Positions 18,349-28,408 of a stretch of DNA of 64,000 nt are shown here, one piece after another; position 1 is the stretch's first letter; each line of letters starts with the position of its first letter. A model generated the notes under the pieces. That model was not told the DNA's origin. It saw only the letters and a program-made list of their open reading frames with translations, and searched no databases. The stretch comes from Chloroflexota bacterium (GTDB lineage Bacteria; Chloroflexota; Anaerolineae; Aggregatilineales; UBA3940). The stretch covers positions 12,111 to 76,110 of the forward strand of contig JAADYX010000080.1 of NCBI GenBank assembly GCA_010092885.1, written 5' to 3'. The translations under genes were made by a program, and so were the position numbers.

Positions 18349-18999
18349 ATGTGCCCGACTGTTTGGTTTTACTTGGCTGAGATCTACCGCATCCTGGACG
18401 AGTTCCCTGTTTGCACGCTATCCACCCTTGCTGAGCGTATGGGCGTGTCAGTACAGGCAACATCGCGCATGATCAAACAGATGGCCGACAATGGCCACGT
18501 GAACCATGAGCCCTATAAAGGGGTGACCCTCACCCCATCCGGCGAGCGCATCGCGCTGAAGGTGATCCGGCGGCACCGTATCTTGGAGGCCTATCTGGTG
18601 AACGTGATGGGCTTCGGGTGGGATGAAGCCCACGATCTCACGGACACTCTGGAGCGTGCGGCCAATGACAAACTCATTGACCGGATGTTTGAGATGGCCG
18701 GGCGCCCAACACGCTGCCCCCATGGGGAGCCCATTCCAACTGCGGATGGGAGGATGCCGGTTGTGCAGGATATCCCACTGCCCGAGTGGCCAGTTGGCGA
18801 ACCGGCACAGATCAGCCGGGTGAAGACCCGCGACTCAGCCCGCTTACAATACCTGGCCCGGCTGGAACTGCTGCCCGGCCAACCATTGACCATCACCGAG
18901 CATGCCCCGTTTGACGGGCCCATCCATCTGGATGTGACCGGTGAAACAGTAGCATTGGGCCGTGACCTTGCCGCCGATGTCTACCTCGCGCGGCAGTAG
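18349..18999 (+). CDS. DtxR/MntR family metal-dependent transcriptional repressor
   Basis: N-terminal wHTH (YLAEIYRI...LAERMGVSVQATSRMIKQM), dimerisation/metal region (RHRILEAYL...WDEAHD) and a C-terminal SH3-like domain. Confidence 0.85.
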   Translation: MCPTVWFYLAEIYRILDEFPVCTLSTLAERMGVSVQATSRMIKQMADNGHVNHEPYKGVTLTPSGERIALKVIRRHRILEAYLVNVMGFGWDEAHDLTDTLERAANDKLIDRMFEMAGRPTRCPHGEPIPTADGRMPVVQDIPLPEWPVGEPAQISRVKTRDSARLQYLARLELLPGQPLTITEHAPFDGPIHLDVTGETVALGRDLAADVYLARQ

Positions 19000-19589
19000 T
19001 CGCCCTCACCGGTCCACTCGAAGCGGGCAACACTATCTCCGGGCTCGATCAGCGCGCTGGTGATCTCGGTCACCATAGCGCTTTCCACGAATTGGTCCAG
19101 ACGCAGCGCTTGCCTATCAGGCATGTAGGCCAGCACCCCCACTTCACGGAAGACGATCCCAATCCGCCCGCAGGCTTCGGGTTCTTCGAACGTATAGCGC
19201 ATCACGAACATGGGCTCGCCCAACTCGTCGATTAACTGTTGGAGTGTGACGCGCCCCTCCCGGAAGAATACGTAGATGCCGTGTACGATGTCGGGCGTAT
19301 GATGGTAGGCCAGCGCATACCCCGACTCGACAAATGGGTCGGAAGCAGCGTCCCATCTAATCTCGTCAGAGACTTCCCGCTGTATCATGATGAGCTCGCC
19401 GTACACCGGTTCCCATTGTTCGCGCGCGTCGTCTAAATTGCTTGCCTGTGGGGTGACGCCTTCCCAACAGGGCATGGAACAGTCACCTGCGAAAACCCGC
19501 TCACCTGCAGCGGGCGTCGGCACTTTCTGTGCTCCGGCCAGACACGCGGCCAACAGTAGACCGGCCAGTGCCACAAGAACCTGCCTCAT
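18981..19589 (-). CDS. Hypothetical lipoprotein
   Basis: Signal peptide with lipobox [16 protein letters not shown]. The start overlaps the PfkB stop (ATGA). Confidence 0.65.
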   Translation of the reverse strand: MRQVLVALAGLLLAACLAGAQKVPTPAAGERVFAGDCSMPCWEGVTPQASNLDDAREQWEPVYGELIMIQREVSDEIRWDAASDPFVESGYALAYHHTPDIVHGIYVFFREGRVTLQQLIDELGEPMFVMRYTFEEPEACGRIGIVFREVGVLAYMPDRQALRLDQFVESAMVTEITSALIEPGDSVARFEWTGEGDYCRAR

Positions 19590-20488
19590 GCCGAAACCTC
19601 CCCTGCTAACTCAAGTAGTGCCTTCTCAGTGAGGAACCCCTCAGCAGCACCGGCATCCCCGATTTTATAGGAGGCGAAAACCACCGCATGGCGGAGCGCC
19701 GGAAGCGGATCCATGCCCGCTGCGTAGAAATGCACAAACGCTGAAAAGAGCGCATCACCGGCCCCAATAGTGTTGACGATAGGCCGTGTCTGTACGGCGG
19801 CGACCTGCGTTAGCTGGCCATGCACGCACAGCAGCGCGCCTTTCTCCCCCAACCCGATCACGATGACCGGTGTGCCGTAGTGCGCACAGACTTCCCTCGC
19901 CCAAACTTCTGGCAGGGCGGGCAGCCGCTCATCAGACATAAACAACACGTCAGCATGCCGCATAAAGTCGGCGTTGTAGGGATCGTCGAGCCGCTCGATG
20001 GTGTGCACATCTGTCGCAATAGGCACACCAGCTTCTGCAGCTGTGGCCAGCATAGGCCGTGAGAAGTTGATGTTGCACAGGACCGCCAGATCGGCCCCGG
20101 CCAGCGCCGTGCGGAAGGACTGCTCGGGATAAGCTGTCTCCTGAATATCCTTGAGATCCACATTGATCTGGCGTTTGCCCGCTGAATCATACAGGATGAC
20201 GGATTGAGCCGTCTGTGCCACAGTTTGCACCACGAAATCCGTGTGCAGACCCATCGTCTCAAGCGCGCTCGATGTCTGCTGACCGCCCATATCATTGCCG
20301 ACTATCGTCAGCAGATCAACCTGATCGCCGAGGGTGTGCAGCGCCAGCCCAATATTGATCCCCACCCCGGCCACCGTGCTGCGCACACCATTGAACGGAT
20401 AACGAACCGGCGAATACGTGATCGGGAAGCCCTCAACGCGCAGGGTGGTCTCGATATTGGTCAACCCGGAGACAAGGATGCGGCTCAT
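19586..20488 (-). CDS. PfkB-family carbohydrate/small-molecule kinase
   Basis: C-terminal [13 protein letters not shown] (the GAGD anion-hole motif of the ribokinase superfamily). The ATG at 20488 overlaps the aroQ stop (ATGA). The upstream part of the ORF-track entry overlaps aroQ. Confidence 0.85.
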   Translation of the reverse strand: MSRILVSGLTNIETTLRVEGFPITYSPVRYPFNGVRSTVAGVGINIGLALHTLGDQVDLLTIVGNDMGGQQTSSALETMGLHTDFVVQTVAQTAQSVILYDSAGKRQINVDLKDIQETAYPEQSFRTALAGADLAVLCNINFSRPMLATAAEAGVPIATDVHTIERLDDPYNADFMRHADVLFMSDERLPALPEVWAREVCAHYGTPVIVIGLGEKGALLCVHGQLTQVAAVQTRPIVNTIGAGDALFSAFVHFYAAGMDPLPALRHAVVFASYKIGDAGAAEGFLTEKALLELAGEVSA

Positions 20489-20910
20489 GAGTCGAGCAGA
20501 GCCTCCAGAGCGAGGCGGTAGCCTATCCAGCCGAGGCCGCCGATCACGCCGCGGCACACTGGTGAGATCAACGACGTGTGGCGGAAGGGTTCGCGCGCAT
20601 ACACGTTGGAAAGGTGCACTTCGATAGTGGGCAGCTCCACGCCAGCGATGGCGTCACGCAGGGCGATGCTGGTATGCGTCAGGCCGCCCGGATTGATGAC
20701 GATGCCGTCAGCCCAGGTGCGGGCATCGTGGATGGCATCGATCAGCACACCCTCGTGGTTGCTCTGCACCATGCGCAGCTGTAAATCACGCTCCGCAGCG
20801 AAGGCATCCAAGCGTACATTGATCTGATCGAGCGTTAAGGTGCCGTAGACTTCCGGCTCGCGTGTGCCGAGCAAGTTCAGATTGGGGCCGTGTAGGACAA
20901 GCACTTGCAT
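20485..20910 (-). CDS. aroQ: Type II 3-dehydroquinate dehydratase
   Basis: [40 protein letters not shown]. Confidence 0.95.
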   Translation of the reverse strand: MQVLVLHGPNLNLLGTREPEVYGTLTLDQINVRLDAFAAERDLQLRMVQSNHEGVLIDAIHDARTWADGIVINPGGLTHTSIALRDAIAGVELPTIEVHLSNVYAREPFRHTSLISPVCRGVIGGLGWIGYRLALEALLDS

Positions 20911-20914
20911 AAAG

Positions 20915-21967
20915 TTACTCCATAGGGGGCATCATATCATCCAGAACGGCGATCACATCCTCCCGTGCAACGTCCTCCACCAGCACTGGATCGCCTATCC
21001 CACGCAGCAGCACAAAACGCGAAACGCCATCGCGCCACTTTTTGTCGTGGCGCATGGCCTCCCAAATTGCATCCGGATCCCAGTAGTTCATGTGCATCAG
21101 GTTCCAGCCTTCCAACCGGTTGACCACCTGCTGTACCAGATCCCAGTCGGCGAGACCCAACCGCCAGGAAAGCCGCGCAGCAGCCGCCAACCCGATTCCG
21201 ACGGCCAGCCCATGGGCTGCTTCGTGTTTGCTGACCTTTTCAATGGCGTGAGCAAAGGTGTGCCCGAGATTCAAATAGGCGCGCACGCCCTGTTCCAGCC
21301 GGTCCTTTTCAACGAAGTGAGCCTTTACGCGGATGGCACGCGCGACCATCTCTTCCTGTGATCCGCTGCGCGGATAGTCCAACAGCCAGGGATCGCGCAG
21401 CAGGCCCGCCTTGATCACCTCTGCCATACCGTAGGTGTATTCCAGCGGCTTCAAGCGCATGAGGGTCTCAAGCGTGTCCGTGTCAGCGACGACGGCTACC
21501 GGATCCTTAAAGGCGCCGACAAGGTTCTTGCCCTGCGGCAGATTGACGCCTACCTTGCCGCCGATGCTGGCATCGACCATGGCCAGCAGGGTGGTCGGTG
21601 CCTGTAGGTAGTCCACACCACGCATGAAGGTTGCTGCCGCGAAACCCGCCATATCGCCGATCACACCACCGCCCAACCCGAGCACGAGCGTGCCCCGGTT
21701 GGCACCGGTGGCCAACATGCCATCGTAAATGGCGCGCACCGTATCAAGGGTCTTGTACGCTTCACCGTCGGGTAGAACAATCAGGTTGCTGTTGGGCAGA
21801 GCATCTCGCAGGTCTTCACCGAAGAGTGGGGCAATGGTCTCATTGGTCACAATGACGATGCGTCCATAGTCGCCAGCGATCTGGGGGATGTGCGCCATGA
21901 AGGCACCCGGACCCACGATCACTGGATAAGGGCCCTGCCCGCCGTTGATGGTCAGCTGCTGTACCAT
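20915..21967 (-). CDS. aroB: 3-dehydroquinate synthase
   Basis: [40 protein letters not shown]. Confidence 0.95.
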   Translation of the reverse strand: MVQQLTINGGQGPYPVIVGPGAFMAHIPQIAGDYGRIVIVTNETIAPLFGEDLRDALPNSNLIVLPDGEAYKTLDTVRAIYDGMLATGANRGTLVLGLGGGVIGDMAGFAAATFMRGVDYLQAPTTLLAMVDASIGGKVGVNLPQGKNLVGAFKDPVAVVADTDTLETLMRLKPLEYTYGMAEVIKAGLLRDPWLLDYPRSGSQEEMVARAIRVKAHFVEKDRLEQGVRAYLNLGHTFAHAIEKVSKHEAAHGLAVGIGLAAAARLSWRLGLADWDLVQQVVNRLEGWNLMHMNYWDPDAIWEAMRHDKKWRDGVSRFVLLRGIGDPVLVEDVAREDVIAVLDDMMPPME

Positions 21968-22455
21968 AGGCGCACAATCTCCTCGGCGATCGGTTGGGGG
22001 GCGCGGCTATCGGTTTCAACGTGGAAGGGAAACCCGGCATAGACTGGCAGCCTGCGTTGGAAAAGCTGCCTGACCCGCACCGGATCTCGGAAGAGAGGCC
22101 GATCCTGTGCACGCCCGACCCGCCGCTCGACCTCTGCCAAGGATACCTTCAGCCAGATCACCATGCTGTGTGCCAGAAAAGCATGCCGGGTGCGGCGATT
22201 CATCAATGCGCCGCCGCCCGTGGCGATCACTGTGTCCGGTTCCCAGGCTACATGCTGGCAGATTCGGGCTTCGCGCTCACGGAAGCCTGCTTCGCCTTCG
22301 TGCTCGAAGATCTGCGGAATGCTCCGACCTGCCTCTTGCACGATGACGGCATCGGTATCTACAAAGCGGAAGCCCAGCTGATCTGCAACCAATGGGCCGA
22401 CTGTGCTCTTGCCGCTGCCCATAAAGCCCGCCAACACAACGTTGTGATACCTCAT
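21952..22455 (-). CDS. aroK: Shikimate kinase
   Basis: Walker A GFMGSGKSTVG. Size and order within the aro cluster fit. Confidence 0.9.
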   Translation of the reverse strand: MRYHNVVLAGFMGSGKSTVGPLVADQLGFRFVDTDAVIVQEAGRSIPQIFEHEGEAGFREREARICQHVAWEPDTVIATGGGALMNRRTRHAFLAHSMVIWLKVSLAEVERRVGRAQDRPLFRDPVRVRQLFQRRLPVYAGFPFHVETDSRAPQPIAEEIVRLWYSS

Positions 22456-22868
22456 ACCAGGGCGAGCGCCTCTTCCATGCTGTATACAATGCTCACATTC
22501 CGGAAGAGGGACCGCGCGAATTGGAGAAGCATGGTAACCATCAAAGGCGGTTCACCCTCATGATCGTAAGCAATCACGATGAGGCGATGGTCGGCACTGT
22601 AGACACTGCCGTGCACCCGTGTGAAACGAGGGATCGACCAGCTGGATGTCTCGAACTCGCGGTAGTCGGCGATGATGGGCGCTCTACTGCTGCCATGGGT
22701 GACCATATACCGGTACGCCTCGGTCAGGTCAACCCGGTACTGCTCGCCAGCGGCTTCATCCATGGCACCTTCAACCCGTACCAAGACGTATTCAGGCATT
22801 GGGGTCAGGTCAATACAGTATGACCAGCCGTCACCGGTGCGCTCAACTTTGCTGTTTTCCTGCATCAT
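22452..22868 (-). CDS. Hypothetical small protein inside the aro operon (STAS/SpoIIAA-like is only a guess)
   Basis: The ATG pair at 22868/22865 (MMQENSK). The stop overlaps the aroK start (ATGA) and the 5' end overlaps the aroC 3' end by 26 nt. The upstream part of ORF-track entry 22452-23099 lies inside aroC. Confidence 0.6.
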   Translation of the reverse strand: MMQENSKVERTGDGWSYCIDLTPMPEYVLVRVEGAMDEAAGEQYRVDLTEAYRYMVTHGSSRAPIIADYREFETSSWSIPRFTRVHGSVYSADHRLIVIAYDHEGEPPLMVTMLLQFARSLFRNVSIVYSMEEALALV

Positions 22869-24063
22869 TCTCCCAATCTGTAAAGCCAAACTGCCACGCT
22901 TCATTCGCCTGCGGGAGATCATCAATGTGGCTGCGGCGCAGCGCATCAAAACGCGGCTGCATCTCAGCGAGGCTGTCGCCGCCCAGCTTCTCGAGGAGCG
23001 CATCAGCCAACACGAAAGCAACCATCGCCTCGCCCACCGGCACCGCACGCGGAACGGCGCAGTAGTCCGAGCGTTCGTAGATGGCTTCAGTCGGGTCACC
23101 CGTCGCGAGGTCGACAGTTGGCAGCGGGTTCAGCGTGGTGCTGATGGGTTTCATGGCGGCCCGTACAATAACTGGCATACCGGTCGTGATCCCGCCCTCG
23201 GTGCCGCCCGCGCGGTTTGATGACCGGTTGAGTGCGCCGTCTGTGTCACGCACAATCGGGTCATGGACGTGTGTGCCCTGCTTGGCACTGTTAGCAAACG
23301 CCGGGCCGATTTCGACTCCTTTGATGGACTGGATCGATCCGACTGCGCCCATCAACCGGCCATCGAGCTTGCGATCATAGTGCACATGGCTGCCCAATCC
23401 AGCCGGGACACCCAAGGCGACGATCTCAAACACACCACCAAGTGTATCCTTAGCCTGTATTGCCTCTTTGATGCGGGCCCGCATCTTCCCCGCGATTTGT
23501 GGATCCGGGCAGCGCACCTCGTTTTCCTCCGCGGTGGCAGCACGCCGTTCGTACTCCGCCGGATCGATGGTTTCTGGCAGGCCGGCACGCACGCCGCCGA
23601 TCATGGTGACATAACCTACCACCCGGATCCCGAAAATATCCAACAGCTTCTTGCACACACCCGCTGCCGCGACCCGTGCCGCTGTCTCACGGGCACTGGC
23701 CCGTTCCAATGAGAGCCGCAGATCCGTGTAGCCGTACTTGACCGCGCCGGTCAGATCGGCATGGCCCGGGCGCGGCACGGTAAACGGGTCAATAGCTTTG
23801 TCGCGCCAGTTGCGCCAGTCGCGATTGTAGATCGTCAGGGCGATGGGGCCGCCCGTGGTCAGCCCGTTCATCACACCAGCGGTAATGTGAGCCCCGTCCT
23901 TCTCGATCTGCATACGCCCGCCGCGGCCGTAACCCTTCTGACGGCGGCGCATATCCTCGACGAGATCGTCTTCGCTGAGGGGGAGACCGGCGGGCATACC
24001 CTCCAGGATGACAGTGAGCTGGGGCCCGTGGGACTCGCCCGCGGTGAGAAATCGAAGTGGCAT
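22843..24063 (-). CDS. aroC: Chorismate synthase
   Basis: MPLRFLTAGESHGPQL N-terminus (ATG 24063), GRGGRMQIE, RSDYCAVPRA. It has an unusually long C-terminal tail. Confidence 0.95.
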   Translation of the reverse strand: MPLRFLTAGESHGPQLTVILEGMPAGLPLSEDDLVEDMRRRQKGYGRGGRMQIEKDGAHITAGVMNGLTTGGPIALTIYNRDWRNWRDKAIDPFTVPRPGHADLTGAVKYGYTDLRLSLERASARETAARVAAAGVCKKLLDIFGIRVVGYVTMIGGVRAGLPETIDPAEYERRAATAEENEVRCPDPQIAGKMRARIKEAIQAKDTLGGVFEIVALGVPAGLGSHVHYDRKLDGRLMGAVGSIQSIKGVEIGPAFANSAKQGTHVHDPIVRDTDGALNRSSNRAGGTEGGITTGMPVIVRAAMKPISTTLNPLPTVDLATGDPTEAIYERSDYCAVPRAVPVGEAMVAFVLADALLEKLGGDSLAEMQPRFDALRRSHIDDLPQANEAWQFGFTDWENDAGKQQS

Positions 24064-24073
24064 AAGGTTCTGC

Positions 24074-26155
24074 CTAATCCAGTGATGCGTTGTGTGCGGC
24101 CTGCAAGGCGATTCGGGTGGCACGCAGGCCGTCGGTGCCGGTTACCAGCAGATCGGCCTCACCCCGGATGGCGGCTGCAAAGTTGGCCAGCAGGGCGGCG
24201 TGGCCTTTATCCTGTGTGCGGCTGCGAACCGGATCGCCCGGCATATTGTGAAACGTCAACGTCTTGAAATCATCGAGCACAGCCGTGCCACCTCCGGCGA
24301 AAACTTCCACGCGCTCCTTTGGGAACGCCGGATCGCCGTAGGCAGCGTACACCACGCTGCCCAATGCTCCGCCAGCGAAGGCCATATCCAGCACAAAGCT
24401 CTGCCCGTCCGGGGCAAGATGGCCGCACACGGATGTCGGTTCAGCGCCAAGCATGCCGCAGATGAAATCGATGAAATGGACGCCTTCACCCAATAAGCGG
24501 CCACCACCCTCGTTCGGATCGTTAAGCCAATGGTTGGCTGGAATGGTGCCCGCATTCACCCGGAAGAGGATCGTCTTCGGGCCGCTGATGCGATCAAGCG
24601 CGGCCTTCAGAGCCCGGGCGGTCGGTGCGGCCCGCCGGTTGAAACCAACCGTGAGCAGCACATCATTGGCTTCCACGGCGTTCAGAACGGCCTCACAATC
24701 TGCTACGGTCAGTGCCATGGGCTTTTCCAGATAGATGTGTTTGCCCGCGTGGGCCGCAGCAACAGCCTGCTGCGCGTGCAGATGGTGCCGCGTGCTGATC
24801 AGGACCGCATTTACCTGTGGCGCGTCCAGGACCTCATGCAGCGCAGTGGTGGCCAACCCGATGCTTTCTTTCTCAGCGATCTGGGCGGCTGAAGCACTCC
24901 CACTGACCACAGCACTCAACATGAGATGGTGGTTGGCTTTGATGTTAGGGATGTGCATGCTGCGGGCGAACATACCCGCCCCAACAAGTGCGATCCCGAT
25001 ATCACTCGTTTTGGGTTCGGCGGCCTGCCGGATAAGGGTGACCGGCTCTTTCACTGTCTCTGTATGGCCATAGGTTAGCAGCACGGCCAACGCACCCTCT
25101 CGAACGGCCTCGTAGGCGGCTGCGGCCTGTTGTACCGGGTAGGTCGCATTGATCAGCGAGTCGACCTCAATACGCCCGGTCGCCAGCAAATTCAGGAAGG
25201 CGGCCATGTTGCGCTGTTCGGTCCAGCGCACGTAGCCGATCGGATAATCGATGCCGCGTTCCTCGTACGCGCGATCATAGCGACCTGGTCCAGCCGAGCG
25301 GCTGATCACAAAATCCAGCTCTTTGTTGTAGAAGGCAGTCCGTTCGAGGTCCATGCCCATCGCGCCGACCATCACCACGCGCCCGCGTTCGCGGCATAGG
25401 CTGAAGGCCTGATTGGTTGGTTCGCTGCTGCGGGTAGACGCCGTCAGGATCACGCGGTCCGCACCCTGACCCTCTGTCATATCTCTCACGAGTGCGTCAA
25501 TGTCTTCAGGCGGGGCAGTGTGGGCACCTGCGGCTCGCTCAGCATGGGTCCGGCGTTCAGCAAGCAAATCCGTGCCGATGACCGTACAGCCAGCCGCTTG
25601 CAGGATCTGCGCTGTGAGCTGGCCGATCAGGCCAAGGCCGACAACCACCACAGTTTCGCCCAGGGTGACCTCAGCCCGGCGCACGCCCTGCATTGCGATA
25701 GCACCGACTGTGGTGAAGGCTGCCTGATGGTAGCTCACACCGTCTGGAACAGCGGCCAGAAGGTTGCTCGGTACAGCGTTAAATTCGGCATGGTTGGCGA
25801 ACCCGGCGCCCGCGCCGGCTACCCGCTGGCCAATGAGCATGGTATCGCTCGCACCGATGACCTCGCCTGCGCAGGAGTATCCGGCGGGGAACCATGTATC
25901 GGCGATATCCTGCACAGCCCGCGCAGTAAAGGCGACACCCTCACGCAAGGCAAGCTGCATCGCGCGTCCGATGAGTTCAGGTTGGGCGAGAGCCTTCTTG
26001 ATCAGGCTGCCCTCCCCGGTTGACTGACTGAGTTCCGTTCCGGAGGAGATCAGTGAGGCGTGCACGCGCACCAACCCACCGTTCGCGGGGACGGTGGGTG
26101 CGGGTACCTCTTTGACCATGAGTTGGCCTTTGCCATCGAAGAATACCTGCTGCAT
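24074..26155 (-). CDS. Bi-domain oxidoreductase (zinc-type alcohol dehydrogenase/MDR domain fused to Gfo/Idh/MocA domain)
   Basis: The N-terminal half has an MDR GroES-like fold and a VVVVGLGLIGQL Rossmann motif. The C-terminal half has IALVGAGMFARS and the YLEKPMAL (EKP) motif of Gfo/Idh/MocA enzymes. Confidence 0.85.
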   Translation of the reverse strand: MQQVFFDGKGQLMVKEVPAPTVPANGGLVRVHASLISSGTELSQSTGEGSLIKKALAQPELIGRAMQLALREGVAFTARAVQDIADTWFPAGYSCAGEVIGASDTMLIGQRVAGAGAGFANHAEFNAVPSNLLAAVPDGVSYHQAAFTTVGAIAMQGVRRAEVTLGETVVVVGLGLIGQLTAQILQAAGCTVIGTDLLAERRTHAERAAGAHTAPPEDIDALVRDMTEGQGADRVILTASTRSSEPTNQAFSLCRERGRVVMVGAMGMDLERTAFYNKELDFVISRSAGPGRYDRAYEERGIDYPIGYVRWTEQRNMAAFLNLLATGRIEVDSLINATYPVQQAAAAYEAVREGALAVLLTYGHTETVKEPVTLIRQAAEPKTSDIGIALVGAGMFARSMHIPNIKANHHLMLSAVVSGSASAAQIAEKESIGLATTALHEVLDAPQVNAVLISTRHHLHAQQAVAAAHAGKHIYLEKPMALTVADCEAVLNAVEANDVLLTVGFNRRAAPTARALKAALDRISGPKTILFRVNAGTIPANHWLNDPNEGGGRLLGEGVHFIDFICGMLGAEPTSVCGHLAPDGQSFVLDMAFAGGALGSVVYAAYGDPAFPKERVEVFAGGGTAVLDDFKTLTFHNMPGDPVRSRTQDKGHAALLANFAAAIRGEADLLVTGTDGLRATRIALQAAHNASLD

Positions 26156-26176
26156 ATGACCGCGATTGTACCGCAG

Positions 26177-28408
26177 TCAGCGAGCGAACCGCGACCCGCC
26201 CGGGGCGATGATGCGCCGCATACTGACCAGTGAATCCTGCCCGATGGCACGTGCCGAACGGATATCGATTTTGCTGCCATCCGGGCGGGGGAAGAGCATC
26301 AGGATCAATTCGCTGGAGGTCTTGCCGCTGTACGTGACAACGGGCGTGCGTTCTTTGACGCCGTAGCGCGGTGCGTACCAGCCATCGCGCACACTGGCCT
26401 CCAACGGAAACTCACCAAATGGCACGATCAGCATGCCGGGCCCTTGCTGGCTTAGCACGCGCACCGTCCGGTCACGGTCGGGTTGGGCGTCAAGCTCAGG
26501 CGGTAGATGGAAGCGCAGCGTGACATCAACTGGTACTGGTTCTCCCTTGACGGGTTCAAGCGTGTCACGTATTAACCAGAGCCGGTTGCGCTTGTCGAAG
26601 ACGACCTGCCGCCGGTGAACGACACCCAACTGCTTGTAACCATCATGGGAGCCGTCCAGCAGATCATAGTCATTGTTGGAGATCCAGCGGCGGATCGCAA
26701 TATGTGCGGCATCCGGCAGGGCGAACAGATCATCATCGGGAATGGGATTGATCTCCTCCGTGCCGACCTGAAGTGTGTTGTGATAGGCCGTAGAACGAAA
26801 GGCGTTGCGCTCCTCCGGTTCTGATGTGTACAGATAGCTGCCCGGATCCACGATGAAGCTTTGCCCAAATGCCTGCATGGTGAGGCTGAAGACATCGTTG
26901 TGGGCATGGCCACCGACTCCGTCTGTGCCGACACTGCCGGCATCAATGGTCATGTGCAGCGAGTCCTGCCGCATGATGTACAGGCCGCTGGCCTCCAATC
27001 CGTGCGAGCTGATCAGATCGTCAAACGTAATGGTGCGGTTGGCGAGCGCACGACCTCTGATGCGCATACCACCAGCAACTTCCACCCATGCGTCAGGGTC
27101 CGTCCCCTCGGGCTGCTCTGTTGTTAGAGTCAGCACGTCTGTATAGCGAGCGGATGCATCAGAGGCGAAGAACCAGAACGCATCCTGCCATTCGTCGCCA
27201 GCCGCAATTGACCAGGCGCGCTGTGTAGGGTCGACGAACCCGGCCCACTCTGGCGACTCGCGTTCCAGAATAATCGAGCCCAATGCCAGCAGGTGGCGAT
27301 GGTCGTGTTGAGTGCGGTGTTCGTCCACATGGACAGTGAGTGGAACCAGGCGTCCGCTGTCAAAGTCCCCTATCTGTGGGGCGATGCCGTTTGGCTGTGT
27401 ATAGAGCATAATGCTATCCAGCATGGTTGCCGTGCGCTGGATAGCCGGCTCAGGTACAGGGATGTCGTTGATAATGCACAGCCCGATTACATGAAGCACC
27501 ATCTCCGTGACCAGGCGATGGTATCCGGTGGAGGCTTCATAGCTCAGCCCATCAGCATTGATCTGGCGGCTGAGTTCAGCCCAGATGCCATTGAGCCCCA
27601 TCTCGCGCCAGCGGTCCGCATCAGTGAACTCCGGAAACATGATGCCAATGTACGCCAGGCCGGTCAGGTTGGCGATCAGATGGTTGGTGCGAGGCCAACC
27701 GTCTTCAAGGTGCTTCTCGATGTATTCGCCATGTTGGTGGAGGCTTGTCAGCCAGAGGGCGAGCACCTCATCGGTGAGCGGGTCGGCCCCATGAATACAG
27801 TACATGGCCCAGATCCAGTTCACCGCACGGATGGCGACATCCATCGGCCCGGCCCAATTCACGCCAAACTCATAGGGATTGGCCTTAATCCATGATTGGA
27901 TCTGTGAAACGATCTCGCGCGCGTAGCGCTCATCGTATGTGTAGAGATACGCCTGACCCAACCGCACCGCATGGTGAAAGCGGTTTAGCTCCCACGGTAC
28001 TTTGACATCGTAGCCGCCTGTTTCGCTGATCAGCTTGAGCCGTGTATGGTGCTCCAACGGCCAGCGATGACCACTCTTGAAATCCGTATGCCAGTCGATG
28101 TTGGCCCCCAGATCACGTTCGCCCGAACCTAGGATATCAAACCGGTGTTGGGCGATATGGGTTGCTTCACGCAGGGTGTGTTGGGCACTATCCATGTAGA
28201 ACTGTGCGATCAGTGCAGCCTGTTCAGGGATGAGGCCAAAAAAGCGCGGATACTGTCGCATATGGAAGGCACGCGCGACGGATTTCATATCCGTGGTGAC
28301 AGTCGCTGGCTTTGGCCTGCGCGGTGCCGTGCGTGAGCGAAGTTCACGGACCACGCGCTTCCAGGCGACACGGGGGAGTTCACGAGCAGGGATACGAGTC
28401 AGTTCCAT
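26177..28408 (-). CDS. Heparinase II/III family protein (polysaccharide lyase-like/epimerase-like)
   Basis: N-terminal alpha/alpha-toroid-like region (WELNRFHH) and a C-terminal GGHAHNDVFS motif typical of heparinase II/III-like proteins. Confidence 0.8.
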   Translation of the reverse strand: MELTRIPARELPRVAWKRVVRELRSRTAPRRPKPATVTTDMKSVARAFHMRQYPRFFGLIPEQAALIAQFYMDSAQHTLREATHIAQHRFDILGSGERDLGANIDWHTDFKSGHRWPLEHHTRLKLISETGGYDVKVPWELNRFHHAVRLGQAYLYTYDERYAREIVSQIQSWIKANPYEFGVNWAGPMDVAIRAVNWIWAMYCIHGADPLTDEVLALWLTSLHQHGEYIEKHLEDGWPRTNHLIANLTGLAYIGIMFPEFTDADRWREMGLNGIWAELSRQINADGLSYEASTGYHRLVTEMVLHVIGLCIINDIPVPEPAIQRTATMLDSIMLYTQPNGIAPQIGDFDSGRLVPLTVHVDEHRTQHDHRHLLALGSIILERESPEWAGFVDPTQRAWSIAAGDEWQDAFWFFASDASARYTDVLTLTTEQPEGTDPDAWVEVAGGMRIRGRALANRTITFDDLISSHGLEASGLYIMRQDSLHMTIDAGSVGTDGVGGHAHNDVFSLTMQAFGQSFIVDPGSYLYTSEPEERNAFRSTAYHNTLQVGTEEINPIPDDDLFALPDAAHIAIRRWISNNDYDLLDGSHDGYKQLGVVHRRQVVFDKRNRLWLIRDTLEPVKGEPVPVDVTLRFHLPPELDAQPDRDRTVRVLSQQGPGMLIVPFGEFPLEASVRDGWYAPRYGVKERTPVVTYSGKTSSELILMLFPRPDGSKIDIRSARAIGQDSLVSMRRIIAPGGSRFAR

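Noticed and set aside
22869-23099. N-terminal extension of ORF 22452-23099
   Set aside because: It lies wholly inside aroC in another frame, and its composition is Arg/Cys/Trp-rich. The ATG pair at 22868/22865 gives a sensible small protein.
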